The position numbers and the translations under genes are program-made. Source: Octopus bimaculoides (lineage: Eukaryota). Taken from it: DNA of 64,000 nucleotides. The notes beneath the pieces were generated by a model. That model worked only from the letters and a program-made list of their open reading frames with translations. It was not told the DNA's origin and ran no database searches. Below, piece after piece: positions 1 through 12,583 of the stretch (position 1 is its first letter; every line of letters begins with the position of its first letter). The DNA is taken from the NCBI RefSeq assembly GCF_001194135.2, contig NC_068988.1, positions 2,546,471-2,610,470 on the forward strand, read 5' to 3'.

Positions 1-98
1 TATATACTGGCAAAGACGTTTGAGTGCAACAAACATGAAAAATTTTGTGTTACCTCTAGGATGAACATTAGATAAATGGACAACCCAGAATTGGATAA

Positions 99-169
99 TC
101 CAGTACCTAGGTTTTGAACTCTTCAAATACATTTATCCACATAAGTTTGATCATTCTTCATCAGCTACA
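99..169 (-). ncRNA. Decayed type I hammerhead ribozyme-like motif (G12->A)
   Basis: Minus strand: TGTAG CTGATGA A GAA..(long helix II)..TTC AAAA CCTAGG TA CTGGA. Has the CUGAUGA core, G-C closure of helix II, palindromic ACCTAGGT helix III and a GUA site. GAAA reads AAAA and helix I has one mismatch. Confidence 0.5.
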
Positions 170-1309
170 TTTACCTGGACAATATTTCAAATGTTGTCAC
201 ATCAATGCCAGTATACTCGCCTGAACACTTAGCCGTTAACAGACCAAGGACAGCGAAAAAGTTTTCAATGAAAAATAAAATATTGCAACAGTATAAATAT
301 AGAGTAGTGGTACAACAAGGCATCAATATATTTATACTTCTACCTTTACGGTGCTTTATTTTACTGGAAAGAAATACATTTGTATTGCAATATTTTATTT
401 AATATTGCATACATACATGTGTAAATATATAGCTAGCATTATATAATATATACATATATATTTCTATATATATCATATATATATATTTATGTGTGCGTGT
501 ATGCGTGTGTTTGTGTGTGTGAGTGTGTATACCACGTGAGCAAAACCTATATATGCAATTCTCTGTTGGCCTGTTGTAATCTTAATGCCCATTAGCTACT
601 CCATACTACATTGTCAGTCAATAAGGAGTGGTGATTTGAAAGCACCAGTTAATCTGTTTGTTCCGTGTGTAGACCATAAAACCACATTGCTATATCTATG
701 GTGCCAGGACTTTGCTAGACTCTATTGCCCATGATTGGCATCATTTCAGCTAAATGATTATTTATTCATTTAAATGCACATGCAACAGCAAAGATGCAAA
801 GAATGTTTACAAATAGCAACTTGTGATTTATGTAAGCATCAATGACTGAAACCAAAATATTAAAACTACAGAAGAGATGTGACTTATATACGAGTATACA
901 CGATGCATCCTATCACACACAATAGGTACACATAGACACTTACTCCCCCCCGCCGCCCCACAAACATCATGAATTTTACATACCTACACACACACATCAT
1001 GAAATTTACATATATATGCTTATATATATATATATGCTGTGTGTATGTATACATATATCGTTGGTATAATGTTAAACTGTTGTATGTCCAGGTTTTGCCG
1101 AAAGTGATTTTTTTTGCAATATTTATTTTTGCTTGCAATAGCCGGTTCTTTTGGTGAAACTATCGTATCTCCAGCTGCTTCAGATGCCAAGATATCAAAA
1201 ATTGTGAAAGTGTAGTACAACAGTTTTGCTATGGAATGGTGAAACTACATATTTTCTGAAAAAGCAACATTTTGGACTTATGATGCTTTTGCATAATACC
1301 AACAATATC

Positions 1310-1363
1310 TATCTATCTATATATATATACATATATAATATATATGCGCATGCATGTATATAT

Positions 1364-1410
<47 letters not shown>

Positions 1411-1439
1411 GTCTGTTTGTCTGTCTGTCTGCTTGTCTG

Positions 1440-1481
<42 letters not shown>

Positions 1482-1500
1482 GATAGATAGATAGATAGAT
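1310..1500. repeat. Compound microsatellite (TCTA/TA/TG/TCTG/GATA)n
   Basis: Directly visible simple repeats. Confidence 0.95.
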
Positions 1501-1904
1501 GGATATTGATATATTGCCATCTGTGCACCAAACTACATATATAAATGCCATTAAAAGTCATGAAGCCGTAGAATTGTTGGAAACAATATATTTTCATAGA
1601 TTTGTTGGGTTAAAAAATGCTATACATGTTGCAGTGAAATGAACAACATCATTGCAATCTCTCACAAGAACAACAAATGCATTTTGCCTTTTTCTGAGCT
1701 TTATCAATACTCTGCACTCGATTGTCACCTGCTTAAATGAGATTCATGCTTCAATATATAGGAAATAATGAATAAAGCATTCACTAACAATCCAGAAGCT
1801 TGCTGAGTTGTACAAAAATTCAGTATACATAAGGGAAACAACATTGAATTAAAATCACCATCTGTATGTCATACTAAATACATTGACATTGAGAGAAGAC
1901 ATCT

Positions 1905-1942
1905 ATCTATTAATCATTCTATCTATCTACCTATCTACCTAC

Positions 1943-1993
<51 letters not shown>

Positions 1994-1999
1994 CATGTG

Positions 2000-2039
<40 letters not shown>
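1905..2039. repeat. (TCTA)n then (CA)n microsatellite running into an N-gap
   Basis: Directly visible. Confidence 0.95.
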
Positions 2040-3007
2040 NNNNNNNNNNNNNNNNNNNNNNNNNNNNNNNNNNNNNNNNNNNNNNNNNNNNNNNNNNNNN
2101 NNNNNNNNNNNNNNNNNNNNNNNNNNNNNNNNNNNNNNNNNNNNNNNNNNNNNNNNNNNNNNNNNNNNNNNNNNNNNNNNNNNNNNNNNNNNNNNNNNNN
2201 NNNNNNNNNNNNNNNNNNNNNNNNNNNNNNNNNNNNNNNNNNNNNNNNNNNNNNNNNNNNNNNNNNNNNNNNNNNNNNNNNNNNNNNNNNNNNNNNNNNN
2301 NNNNNNNNNNNNNNNNNNNNNNNNNNNNNNNNNNNNNNNNNNNNNNNCATAGGAACCAGTCAGGCGGCACTGGCATTAGCCACGTTCGGATGGTGCTTTT
2401 TACGTTCCACCAGCAGGGGAGCCAGTTGGGGGGGGGGCGGTCTTTCTCCAAGTCCACAAAGCCAAATATAGGGGTTTATCTTTGGCTAGGTATTTCTCCT
2501 GCAGTTACCGAAGCAGGAATATAGCATCAGTGGTTCTTCTACCTGGCACAAAACTGAACTGCATCTCATCTAAGCAGACTCTCTCCCTAATTAGTTGGAC
2601 TATGACCCTCTCTGTGACCATCATCACCTGAATATATTTATAAATATGGGTGTGTATGAGAATTTTTGCATAAGGTAATTAAGGAATTCATTAACCTATG
2701 GCGAATGCAATTTCTTGAAAAAATCCAAGTCTAATGTAAGGGAGATAACAATTGAAATATTTTTATAAGTTATATGTACCTGATATGTACACTTATTTCA
2801 AAATCTCATTCAGTCTTCTGTAACCTTGTGCATTCTCATCAAAAATGGAGACAAATAGCAACACTTTCATCTGGCATGCTTGAAAAATTGTGAAGTTTCT
2901 TCTCCACATGAAACCATAGGTTGCCCTGTCAACTTACAAATAAAGAATATTTATCCACCAATGTGGAAGTGAACACTCATTCTTACTGTTCAGTATTAAT
3001 GTATGCT

Positions 3008-3046
<39 letters not shown>

Positions 3047-3816
3047 GCACACACAGACACAGAGACACACACACATGCACACACATATATACATACATAA
3101 GTATATATATATTTATACACACACATTTATACACACACATGGATCAAGGATTTAAGGGATCCTGTGACACAAATGCAGTAATGTATGGTACTTCTTGTAG
3201 ACATGGATTATCATGGATTGTGACTGGAGCCATGCTGATGAATGTAATTTGCTTGAATTTAGGAAAGACGGCAGATTTGTGGAATGGGAATAAGAATGGA
3301 AAATATTCCATCATGGGTGGGGGTGACATGTAGAAGAAAGACACAAAAGATAAGAGAAAATATCTGATTCACAATAAATAATAAAACAAAATAACAGCTG
3401 CATGTTTTCAGTAGTTATAGCTGCCATCATTTTGTTTTTGATGGTTTCATAAATAACTGAGGGGTAAATGCATGCAAGAATGAGGGCCAAAAGAAACCAG
3501 AATGCTTCTCGGCTCCAGTTCATAAATTTCTTCTCTGCTGTCTTTTATAATTCCATTGAAAGTCAGGTTTGGTTCGATCCACAAACTCACAATAACCCAT
3601 CTCAACATGTAGCACTATTCATTGCTCCCGAAGTCCTCCATGTTTTAGTATCTTCCTTTCAAATCCTCCTTCCATATTTCTGATTCCATTTTGCTTTCCA
3701 AAGATACTTTCATCTCAAAATCAGAACATTTCGTTTAGTCCACTCAGACGATTCTATAAAATCAGGATATTGTTTCATCAGATCTTTTAAAAAAACGAAT
3801 TATATGTATCTATATT

Positions 3817-3819
<3 letters not shown>

Positions 3820-3874
<55 letters not shown>
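3820..3874. repeat. (TG)n microsatellite
   Basis: Directly visible. Confidence 0.95.
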
Positions 3875-3877
<3 letters not shown>

Positions 3878-4272
3878 CAGTGTACATATAAATATGCATG
3901 TATAAATATATATATGAAGTCCCCAAGTTTTGTATTTCTATAGACACCACAAGCATTTTTTATCACCAAACTCACACACATATGCAGACAGTGGGAGGGG
4001 AGGGTGATACTATCAGAAGACATTGAAATCTTTGCAATCTCCAGTTGAGAGCTGATGAGAGAAGTGTCTTGAAGTTGTGCATGAATGTGTGTGCACACAT
4101 TCACAAACAGATGCATCTGTATGAATTGTTGCACACATACAATGCACACATAAGATGCACATACACAGAAACACATGTGTGCATCTGTGTGTGTGACTAT
4201 ATATATATTATGCATACAAATATACATGCATATATATATAAGATCGGAAGNNNNNNNNNNNNNNNNNNNNNN

Positions 4273-4354
<82 letters not shown>

Positions 4355-4977
4355 CACACATATATATATGTATATATGCATATGTATATGTGTATATATA
4401 TGTATATATATATGTTTGTACATATATATATATATATATATATAAACAAGTATGTGCACATGCGAACACAAATGCATAGACTTATTTTCATACCTACACA
4501 CATGTATGTATATATGCATGTACACATATATGAGGATAGTTCTTTACAAACATCTACATATGCACACCCCTAAACCCCCACACACACACTCACTCACTCT
4601 CTCACACAAGCACAGAGAATGTCTACAAGTATTGGGGTTAGAGTCAGCACTTCAAGGAACGAACATGTGTTAATGAATAATAAGATTCTTAACGCTCACG
4701 TCTGAGACTTCATTGGAGCAATTATCTGAAATGATACAAATTTCTTAGCAAACAAAACAATTTCATTTTGATCAAATGATCAATTACAGTTGAGATAAAT
4801 ATAACAGTTACTGTATTGTACTTATTGAACTCGTCGTTTATTAGTTCCAGAAATGAATACGATGTGAGAGATAAACTTTCTGCCTCCTGCACTTAGTAAT
4901 CTCATTAGTAAAGGTATGTTCATATATCTATCTATATATATACATATACATATAAATATATATATATATATATATAC

Positions 4978-5020
<43 letters not shown>

Positions 5021-5344
5021 NNNNNNNNNNNNNNNNNNNNNNNNNNNNNNNNNNNNNNNNNNNNNNNNNNNNNNNNNNNNNNNNNNNNNNNNNNNNNNNN
5101 NNNNNNNNNNNNNNNNNNNNNNNNNNNNNNNNNNNNNNNNNNNNNNNNNNNNNNNNNNNNNNNNNNNNNNNNNNNNNNNNNNNNNNNNNNNNNNNNNNNN
5201 NNNNNNNNNNNNNNNNNNNNNNNNNNNNNNNNNNNNNNNNNNNNNNNNNNNNNNNNNNTATATATATATATGTATATATATATATATACACACACATATA
5301 TATGTATATGCATACATATATATATATGCACACATACATATAAA

Positions 5345-5384
<40 letters not shown>

Positions 5385-5573
5385 TGCAGCTATGAATGTG
5401 CGTGTGCGTACAGATACATATCAATATACAAATATATATATATATCTAACTTTGTCTTTCTCTCTCTCTCTCTCTTTGCATACCTACATACCTACTTACA
5501 TATACATTTATGTTTATATTTGCACACAAACACATTCATACATACATTTATGCATATATTTACAACGAAAGTA

Positions 5574-5651
5574 TGTATGTTGTGTGATTTTGAGCTGAAG
5601 AAAACTTGTCCAACTCCTGCTAACATGATCAAGCACCTGAGAGAGAATTAT
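5574..5651 (+). pseudogene. Possible BED zinc-finger remnant (hAT transposase-like)
   Basis: Translates CMLCDFELKKTCPTPANMIKHLRENY, resembling BED C-x2-C...T-x-N-x3-HL-x3-H with the last His replaced by Tyr. The first Cys overlaps a (GTAT)n run, so chance is possible. Confidence 0.3.
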
Positions 5652-6650
5652 TTTGTTGTTGAAGATTACATGAAAGACACATATAAACATTCACACATTC
5701 ATTTGTAGCTGTACACTCAATGAATTACTGACTCCTGATTCACTTGGAGCATGTTATTGCTAACACTGTTCTGCTGAGAAACAGTATATACTACAAAAAC
5801 CAGCAGTGCCCATCAACAGGGAAATTAATCTATCCTAGTGAGGTCACTAAGATACAGTATGTTAGTGTGAACTTCAAACTATCGGCCACTGTGGTCCCAA
5901 ATGCAACATCAACAACAGGGAATTTTTGTTTGTATGTATGTATGTATGTATATATGTATGTATGTCTATGTTAGTGAACTTCAAACTATCGGCCACTGTT
6001 GTCCCAACTGCAGCTGCTGGTAATATAATCCCTGTTTGCATATCGTGAGAGTATATTTTCCCTTCTGTGTGTTATCACAATGATTTGTTATTACTGAACC
6101 ACGATTAAACCATCCAGCCATGTTTGATGCACAAACAGATATATTACCTGACAGACACCAGCAAACTGGGTGTCATACCATCTGCTATACCTCTCTAATC
6201 TTACAGAATATCATCAGCCTGGCGCCAATATACTGTCGCTTCTAATATGTGGTGTACAAAATGGAATCAACTGCTCCCATTGCCAAATAGTCTCCTGCTC
6301 CTGGACTGACCAATGAAGGCTTAAATATACTTACCTAGATGCTGGGTTTTAAATTTCTTCTTAATTTCCTTCACTTTTAACTTCATATAGATCTGAAATG
6401 CTAAGTCAAGAGGAGTTGAGTCAACATGTTCTCAATGTGTGTGTGCATATGTATGTGTTTGTGTGTGTGTATGTGTGTATACATACATGTATATATGTAT
6501 ACATACATGTGCATATATATATATATATAGACGGTTTAGATATAGATTCAAAGTTGAATATGGTACTTATGCATAGGCACCCGAATATCGCCTCCCAAAA
6601 GGATAGGTGATTAAAATCAAAAAATAAGCAACACGGATTTCAAAGGTGAT

Positions 6651-6739
6651 TGCAGTACACACGTTTCATGCTACTTCAATTTATTTAAGTAATGCGAGCA
6701 TTACCTTAAATGCAATATGAAGAGCAATCTTCAGCTGCA
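6651..6739 (-). ncRNA. Type I hammerhead ribozyme-like motif, intact core, extended helix II
   Basis: Minus strand: TGCAG CTGAAGA T TGCT CTTCA TATT GC ATTTAAG GTAATGC TC GCATTA CTTAAAT AAAT TGAAG T AGCA T GAAA C GTGT G TA CTGCA. Helix I is 5 bp and perfect, all core bases are present, the site is GUA. Helix II closes with a U-U mismatch. Confidence 0.75.
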
Positions 6740-6888
6740 CGAAAAATGCAGAAAAATCACTGTAGAAAAGACATATTATAAATGTGGCAACATTTCAAAT
6801 CCAAGTGGGAGAGAGAATACATAAAAATCCAAATGTGAGGAAGAATACATAAGTCCATCTTGACATAGCCGAGTCTATCAGGCTAGTG

Positions 6889-6950
<62 letters not shown>

Positions 6951-7030
6951 AATTCAAATAAACAAATAAAAATAGACGAGATGAGGACGCGCAGAAGAAA
7001 TGTAGTAGCTTGATGCTTGGTGCAAGAAGA

Positions 7031-7068
7031 GAGTTTGACGTTTTAAGCATAGCTCTTCATTGGAGAGG
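7031..7068 (-). ncRNA. Decayed minimal hammerhead-like motif in a small repeat also present near 10300
   Basis: Minus strand: CTCT CCAATGA A GAGC TAT GCTT AAAA CG TC AAAC. Helix II and the CG-TC site match the 10296-10333 motif. The core has three substitutions. Confidence 0.35.
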
Positions 7069-7133
7069 AGAAAGGGAAAAGTGCAAAGCAGGAAAAGAAT
7101 TACCAACGGCATGGGTGTTGTTACATTGCTGAA

Positions 7134-7167
<34 letters not shown>

Positions 7168-7196
7168 TACATATATGTATGTATATATGTGTGTGT

Positions 7197-7247
<51 letters not shown>

Positions 7248-7412
7248 CATACATACACACACACACATATGCCACAAAACCGCTGAAAACTAGACACCAA
7301 TATTAGTAATTTTCCAAGCCTAATTAGGTTACTTATGGTGAAACCAAAAGACTCCAAAAGAAACAATCCTTACAGACTATGAATTCCCAAACAGTTACCA
7401 CTTTACAAGAAT

Positions 7413-7490
7413 GACAGACAGTTCAGAATAATAAGATATAAGAAATTCACAATTGAGCATAACATATGTGTATTCCCATCATCAGCTGTC
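7413..7490 (-). ncRNA. Decayed hammerhead-like motif
   Basis: Minus strand: GACAG CTGATGA TG GGAATA ...TATTCT GAAC TGT CTGTC. Helix I (GACAG/CTGTC) and helix II (GGAATA/TATTCT) pair. GAAA has lost one A and the cleavage-site spacing is off by one. Confidence 0.35.
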
Positions 7491-7935
7491 TAAATGGATA
7501 TCACTATAGTTTTGACACCTAGGCAATAAAATTCAATTTAGCATAGGTAAATTGGTAGAATAATTAGAAAATCAAAGAAATACCTTGTGGTTTATGTCTG
7601 GATCTGTCTTGTTTGTGACATCCAACATAATTGAGGTCAACTTGGCTTTTTATTCTTCCACAATTGGTAAATAAGCCAAATCAACCAGAAGATAATTGAT
7701 ATCTTTTCCTTCTCTCTCCTCCGCTGTCCGTTCGTCCTCTTTCTCACTGACTTAGAACTGGTTACATTGCTCTGTGGGAGGGTCGTGGCAGACCATTCAC
7801 AGTGTTCTGTGATGTTAGGAATGGATAAGAGGCTCAACTGGCATCAGTTAATCTCCAGTGTGTTTAGAAGTGTCATTGACACACCAACAGTTGTCAGTTG
7901 TAGAAGATGGTGATATAAACACAGGAGCATGTGTA

Positions 7936-7975
<40 letters not shown>

Positions 7976-8430
7976 CACATGTCTGTAAGCATGCGTGCAC
8001 ACACACACACTCAGAAATGTATGTATGAATGTATGTATGGATAGATGCATCTGCATAAGCACATACAAATGTATATCTAAACTCACATGTATATACATAC
8101 ACAAGGGTATGCATACACACTCTTATACACACACATACACAAACACACAAAGATGAACAAAGTTAGTTAAATATTTCTATTTCTCTATCCATCTCTTTCT
8201 CATACATCTTCTCTCGCTTGCTCTGTACACACCCTCATAGACATACATACATATATACATACATACATACATACAAACAAAAATTCCCTGTTGTTGATGT
8301 TGAAATTCCAATGAAGGAGCCTTGGATCTAGGTTAGAAACCGGCTCTTTCTTTATTGGCAAGAAATCTTGAAATAAAACTGAACAATGACATACATACAT
8401 ATGTACATACATATATACACACATACATAC

Positions 8431-8592
8431 GACAGGCTTCTTTCAGTTTCCGTCTACGAAATTCACTCACAAGGCTTTGCTCAACACAAGGCTGTAGTAG
8501 AAGACACTTGCCCAAGATGCTGCACAATGGGACTGAACCCAGAGTAATGTGGTTGGGTGGTTGGGAAGCAAGCTTCTTGCCACATTGCCATA
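8431..8592 (-). mobile_element. tRNA-derived SINE, family A
   Basis: Reverse complement of the GGCTGTGTGGTAAGAAGCTTGCTTCCCAACC...GGGTTCAGTCCCA...CTTGGGCAAGTGTCTTCTACTA element also at 43537 and 47709. Has A/B-box-like motifs. Confidence 0.8.
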
Positions 8593-10295
8593 CTGGTGCT
8601 TTCCACACAGCCAAGTTGTAGAAAAATAATGAGGAAAAAAATGTAAGAAAAAAAACAAAGCAAACAAAACTCAGAATAATGTTCTTTTTTGTTTTGTGCC
8701 ATTCCCTGTCGTGTAAACTGGAAGGTAAACATATGGTCACTTAAAAATCTTACTTTAGGAAAAGTTTCACTGAGAAATGTGTAATTGCATGTGTACATTT
8801 GTCTAAGAGTGACTTAGTTATTATAGTTGTATTTCCAATTAATTAAACAGAAATTTAATAATTTTCTGAAAGATAATAATGAAAAAAAAAAATAATAATA
8901 ATAATTAGATGGCAAAGAAACATAGGAAAATAAAAGTAAAAAAATAATAACAAAAAAAAACAACAATAAATGCTTAAGTTTTTTTTTTATTTTGCATTGC
9001 CTGACTAGAAATTGGAATGTAAACATGGTAATGTGAAAACTCTCACTGTTCACACACACACACACACACACGCACACATACACACACACATGCACTCACA
9101 TTCACTCATGCTCACATGCGCATTCACATATGCTCATTTACGCACAAACACATACACATACATGCACACATTTACATATGTACATACAGACGCGCGCACA
9201 CTCATATTCACATACATACACACATTTACATATGTACATACACACACCCATATATTATACACACACACACACACTACACATACATACACACACACACATA
9301 TACACATACACTCACATTCACTCATGCTCACATGCACATTCACAATGCTCATTTACGCACACACACACATGCACATACATACACACACACACACACATTC
9401 ACTTGCTCTCACATGCACACTCACACACGCACACACACACATACATGCACAAGGTATGTAAATATTTGAAAGTCTTTCACTGTAAAAGCAAATTCTAAGA
9501 ACGTCAACACATTTGTGTTTTGCCATCAATCTACAGTTTAAAAAAAGGGGGAGCTAACTCCCACTGGACACATTTTCAGAGTCTGTTGACCAATTGTCAG
9601 AGATGTTCTCCACTTTTTTTTCCCACCAAAAGTCTTGTAGATTCAGAAGCTATGTAAAGAAGAAAAATTTAGCTAGCACCGTAGGGGACAGACTAATTAG
9701 AATATGAGTGCTTTTGGCAGCTTGCCATTAGTTAAATAATATATATTCATGTAGAAAACAGTGNNNNNNNNNNACACACACACACACACACGCACACATA
9801 CACACACACATGCACTCACATTCACTCATGCTCACATGCGCATTCACATATGCTCATTTACGCACAAACACATACACATACATGCACACATTTACATATG
9901 TACATACAGACGCGCGCACACTCATATTCACATACATACACACATTTACATATGTACATACACACACCCATATATTATACACACACACACACACTACACA
10001 TACATACACACACACACATATACACATACACTCACATTCANNNNNNNNNNNNNNNNNNNNNNNNNNNNNNNNNNNNNNNNNNNNNNNNNNNNNNNNNNNN
10101 NNNNNNNNNNNNNNNNNNNNNNNNNNNNNNNNNNNNNNNNNNNNNNNNNNNNNNNNNNNNNNNNNNNNNNNNNNNNNTATATATATATATATATATGTAT
10201 ATATATCGTTGAAATTTACAGAAAAGCAAATGATGAAGACAGGTGTATGAACAACAAGCAGGTGTATTAGTTTAATGCTTGGGAAGGTGAGGAGG

Positions 10296-10333
10296 TCTTT
10301 TGCGTTTCAAGCCTATGCTCTTCAACAGAAAGA
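10296..10333 (-). ncRNA. Decayed minimal type I hammerhead-like motif
   Basis: Minus strand: TCTTT CTGTTGA A GAGC ATAG GCTT GAAA CG CA AAAGA. Helix I is 5 bp and helix II 4 bp. Core lesions are A6->U and U16.1->C. Confidence 0.55.
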
Positions 10334-10494
10334 AACACGAGAAAATAAACAGGGAGAGAATAAAAAAACTTTTGGTGTTAGCATTCAATCATAAATATAT
10401 ATACATATATATGTGTATATATATGTGTATATATGTGTGTGTATATGTGTGTGTATGTGCATATGTAGAGATATGTATATATATATGTCTTTTA

Positions 10495-10720
10495 TCATTT
10501 AACTTTTATCTTTCACTTGTTTCAGTCTTTGGACTGTGGCCATGCTGTAGCACTGCCTTGAAAAACTTTTAATTGAATGACCTGACCCCAGGAGTATGTT
10601 TTAAATCTGGCTCTTACTCTATCAGATTCTTTTTAGCAAACCATTAAGTTAGAGGGATGTAAACACCACCAGGGCTTGTCAAGTGGTGGTGGGAGACACA
10701 CACAAAAACACAAACACATA
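10495..10720 (+). mobile_element. SINE-like repeat, family C, ending in (CA)n
   Basis: Homologous to 31440-31687 (CTTGTTTCAGTC...GGCCATGCTG.AGCAC...GTAAACAC...GTCAAGTG.TGGTGG). Orientation is inferred from the (CA)n tail. Confidence 0.7.
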
Positions 10721-10745
10721 CACACACACAGACACACACACACAT

Positions 10746-10787
<42 letters not shown>

Positions 10788-10824
10788 ACATACACACACA
10801 ATAACACACACGCACATACATATA

Positions 10825-11115
10825 AGGTATTCAGCTCATAAATGTAAAATCTTGAGTTTGATTCCCAGCAGTGTGTTGTGTTCTTGAGCAAGACACTTTA
10901 CTTCATGTTGCTCCAGTCCAGCCAGTAGGCAAAAATGAGTAGTAACTGGATTTCAAAGGGGCCAGCCTTGTCACATTCTGTGTCATGCTGAATCTCCTAT
11001 TCAGGGTATGCATGTCTATGGTATACTCAGCCCCCTGCATGTTAATTTCAAAAGATGGCTGTTCTGTTGATTGGGTCCACTGGAACCTCATCATTGCAAT
11101 TGAGGGAGTACCAGT
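10825..11115 (+). mobile_element. SINE with CORE-like central motif
   Basis: B-box-like GAGTTTGATTCCC followed by GTTGTGTTCTTGAGCAAGACACTTTACTTCA, recalled as resembling the CORE-SINE CCTTGGGCAAG.CACTT motif. Single copy in the window. Confidence 0.5.
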
Positions 11116-12101
11116 GTATAGATTGAAGAAGGTCTGATGCTTGTTTTTACAGCTCAAGACACCATCTATGAAATTCCACAGAGGCTAATATTTAATCAGG
11201 TAATATAAAAAGGTGTTAGTCTTAAATGTTAAAAGGCTTCAAGCTACTCAATTCTTGAAAACAAAATACTGCAGTTAAGAGATGCTAAGACAACTCCTAT
11301 GAGATAATCAAAAACAGTTCTGAGATAATACTTTTATTCTATAAAAGATAAACATTTGTTTCTAATTTGAAAAAGACTATTTATAAATTCAGTATTGTGT
11401 AATTGGTAACTTATTTAACTCTTAAAGTTAAGAGATATGTTGTTGAAATCTTGTCAAGTGTTAGTCTTGCAATCACAAATTAGTGATTACAAATGTATTG
11501 TTTATATATTAAGAATACTATCTACTAATAATCTATTTATATTTTTTGGAATTAAATGTAATCCATTCAGTGAATAAAGAAGAGATATCTTATGATACTA
11601 GACATGAACAGAAGTCATTCTCTCTCTCTCACACACACTCTTTCACTCCTTTTCTCTGTGATAAGTGGCTGAGAGAAGACTTACAAGACAACTAAGAACA
11701 GTGGTAGCTGTTTCAATATAATATATAAACATTTTCAGTTAATTCAAGAGATAAAACTTATAAATGCAATGTGATATAAATATTAGAATATTTACCAGAC
11801 AAGGCAGACACACATTGGTGTGCTCTTGTTTGTTGATACCAATTCTTGGCTACAACTCAACTGGTGAAGTAAACACGCATGAAAATCTCTAATCATTATG
11901 AAATGCAGTGATTTAGAGCATCCTGTTTATAGGAAAATAATGGGGAAAGTTCTAAGGAAATAGTTGGTGAGAAATGGTTTTCTTTGTTTCTAGGCCTGGC
12001 TACAGTGTTATGAAGTTCGCTTCACAGTCATAAGGTTTTGAGTTCAGTCCCACTCAGTCATGTGTCTTCTACTTTAGCCATGGAAACCATGCAGACATTA
12101 A

Positions 12102-12166
<65 letters not shown>

Positions 12167-12253
12167 NNNNNNNNNNNNNNNNNNNNNNNNNNNNNNNNNN
12201 NNNNNNNNNNNNNNNNNNNNNNTATATAAGTAACAACTGATGGACATGTATTA

Positions 12254-12339
12254 ATCCATTACAGCTGTTTCTAACAAATTTTTTAATTGATTAACAAGTA
12301 TATCATGTCATTATAAAAAACTGTTTTCTTCAGATGAAT
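12254..12339 (-). ncRNA. Type I hammerhead-like motif, intact core, in the left arm of the foldback
   Basis: Minus strand: ATTCAT CTGAAGA A AACAG TTTTTT...AAAAAA T TTGTT A GAAA CAGCTG TA ATGGAT. Helix I is 6 bp (one G-U), helix III is the palindrome ACAGCTGT, the site is GUA. Helix II closes with an A-A mismatch. Confidence 0.7.
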
Positions 12340-12497
12340 ACAAAAATCTTACAATCAAGCACATTTAAAATAATTTAAAATAATTTAAAATCCATGGCAA
12401 CATACATATTAAATGATTCTGCTGAGAATCACAGAATATATATGACACTGTGGTTTTAAAATTATTTAAAATTATTTTAAGTGTCCTTGATTCTTGT

Positions 12498-12583
12498 ATT
12501 CATTTGAAGAAAACAGTTTGTTATAATGATATAATACACTTGTTAATCAATTAAGAAATTCGTTAAAAACGGCTGTAATGGAT
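12498..12583 (+). ncRNA. Decayed hammerhead-like motif in the right arm of the foldback
   Basis: ATTCAT TTGAAGA A AACAG...TTCGTT A AAAA CGGCTG TA ATGGAT. This is the mirror copy of 12254-12339, with C3->U and G12->A. Confidence 0.55.

Noticed and set aside
1130-1860. Possible hAT transposase remnants between microsatellites
   Set aside because: No diagnostic motif (such as TRWNS) could be read in any frame.
3700-3790. Other CTGANGA hits (3775, 4052, 19873, 21626, 29893, 34040, 38093, 50263, 63636, 63923)
   Set aside because: Each lacks a correctly placed GAAA, NUH site or helix I. These were treated as the chance background.
4851-4913. Exon-like segments with good splice signals (4851-4913 +, ~32918-32987 +, 30323-30395 -)
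   Set aside because: Stop codons occur in all three frames. They could only be non-coding exons and there is no evidence of transcription.
9774-10040. Exact 267-bp duplicate of 9054-9320
   Set aside because: It is identical, low-complexity and bounded by N-gaps on both sides, so most likely a scaffolding artifact.
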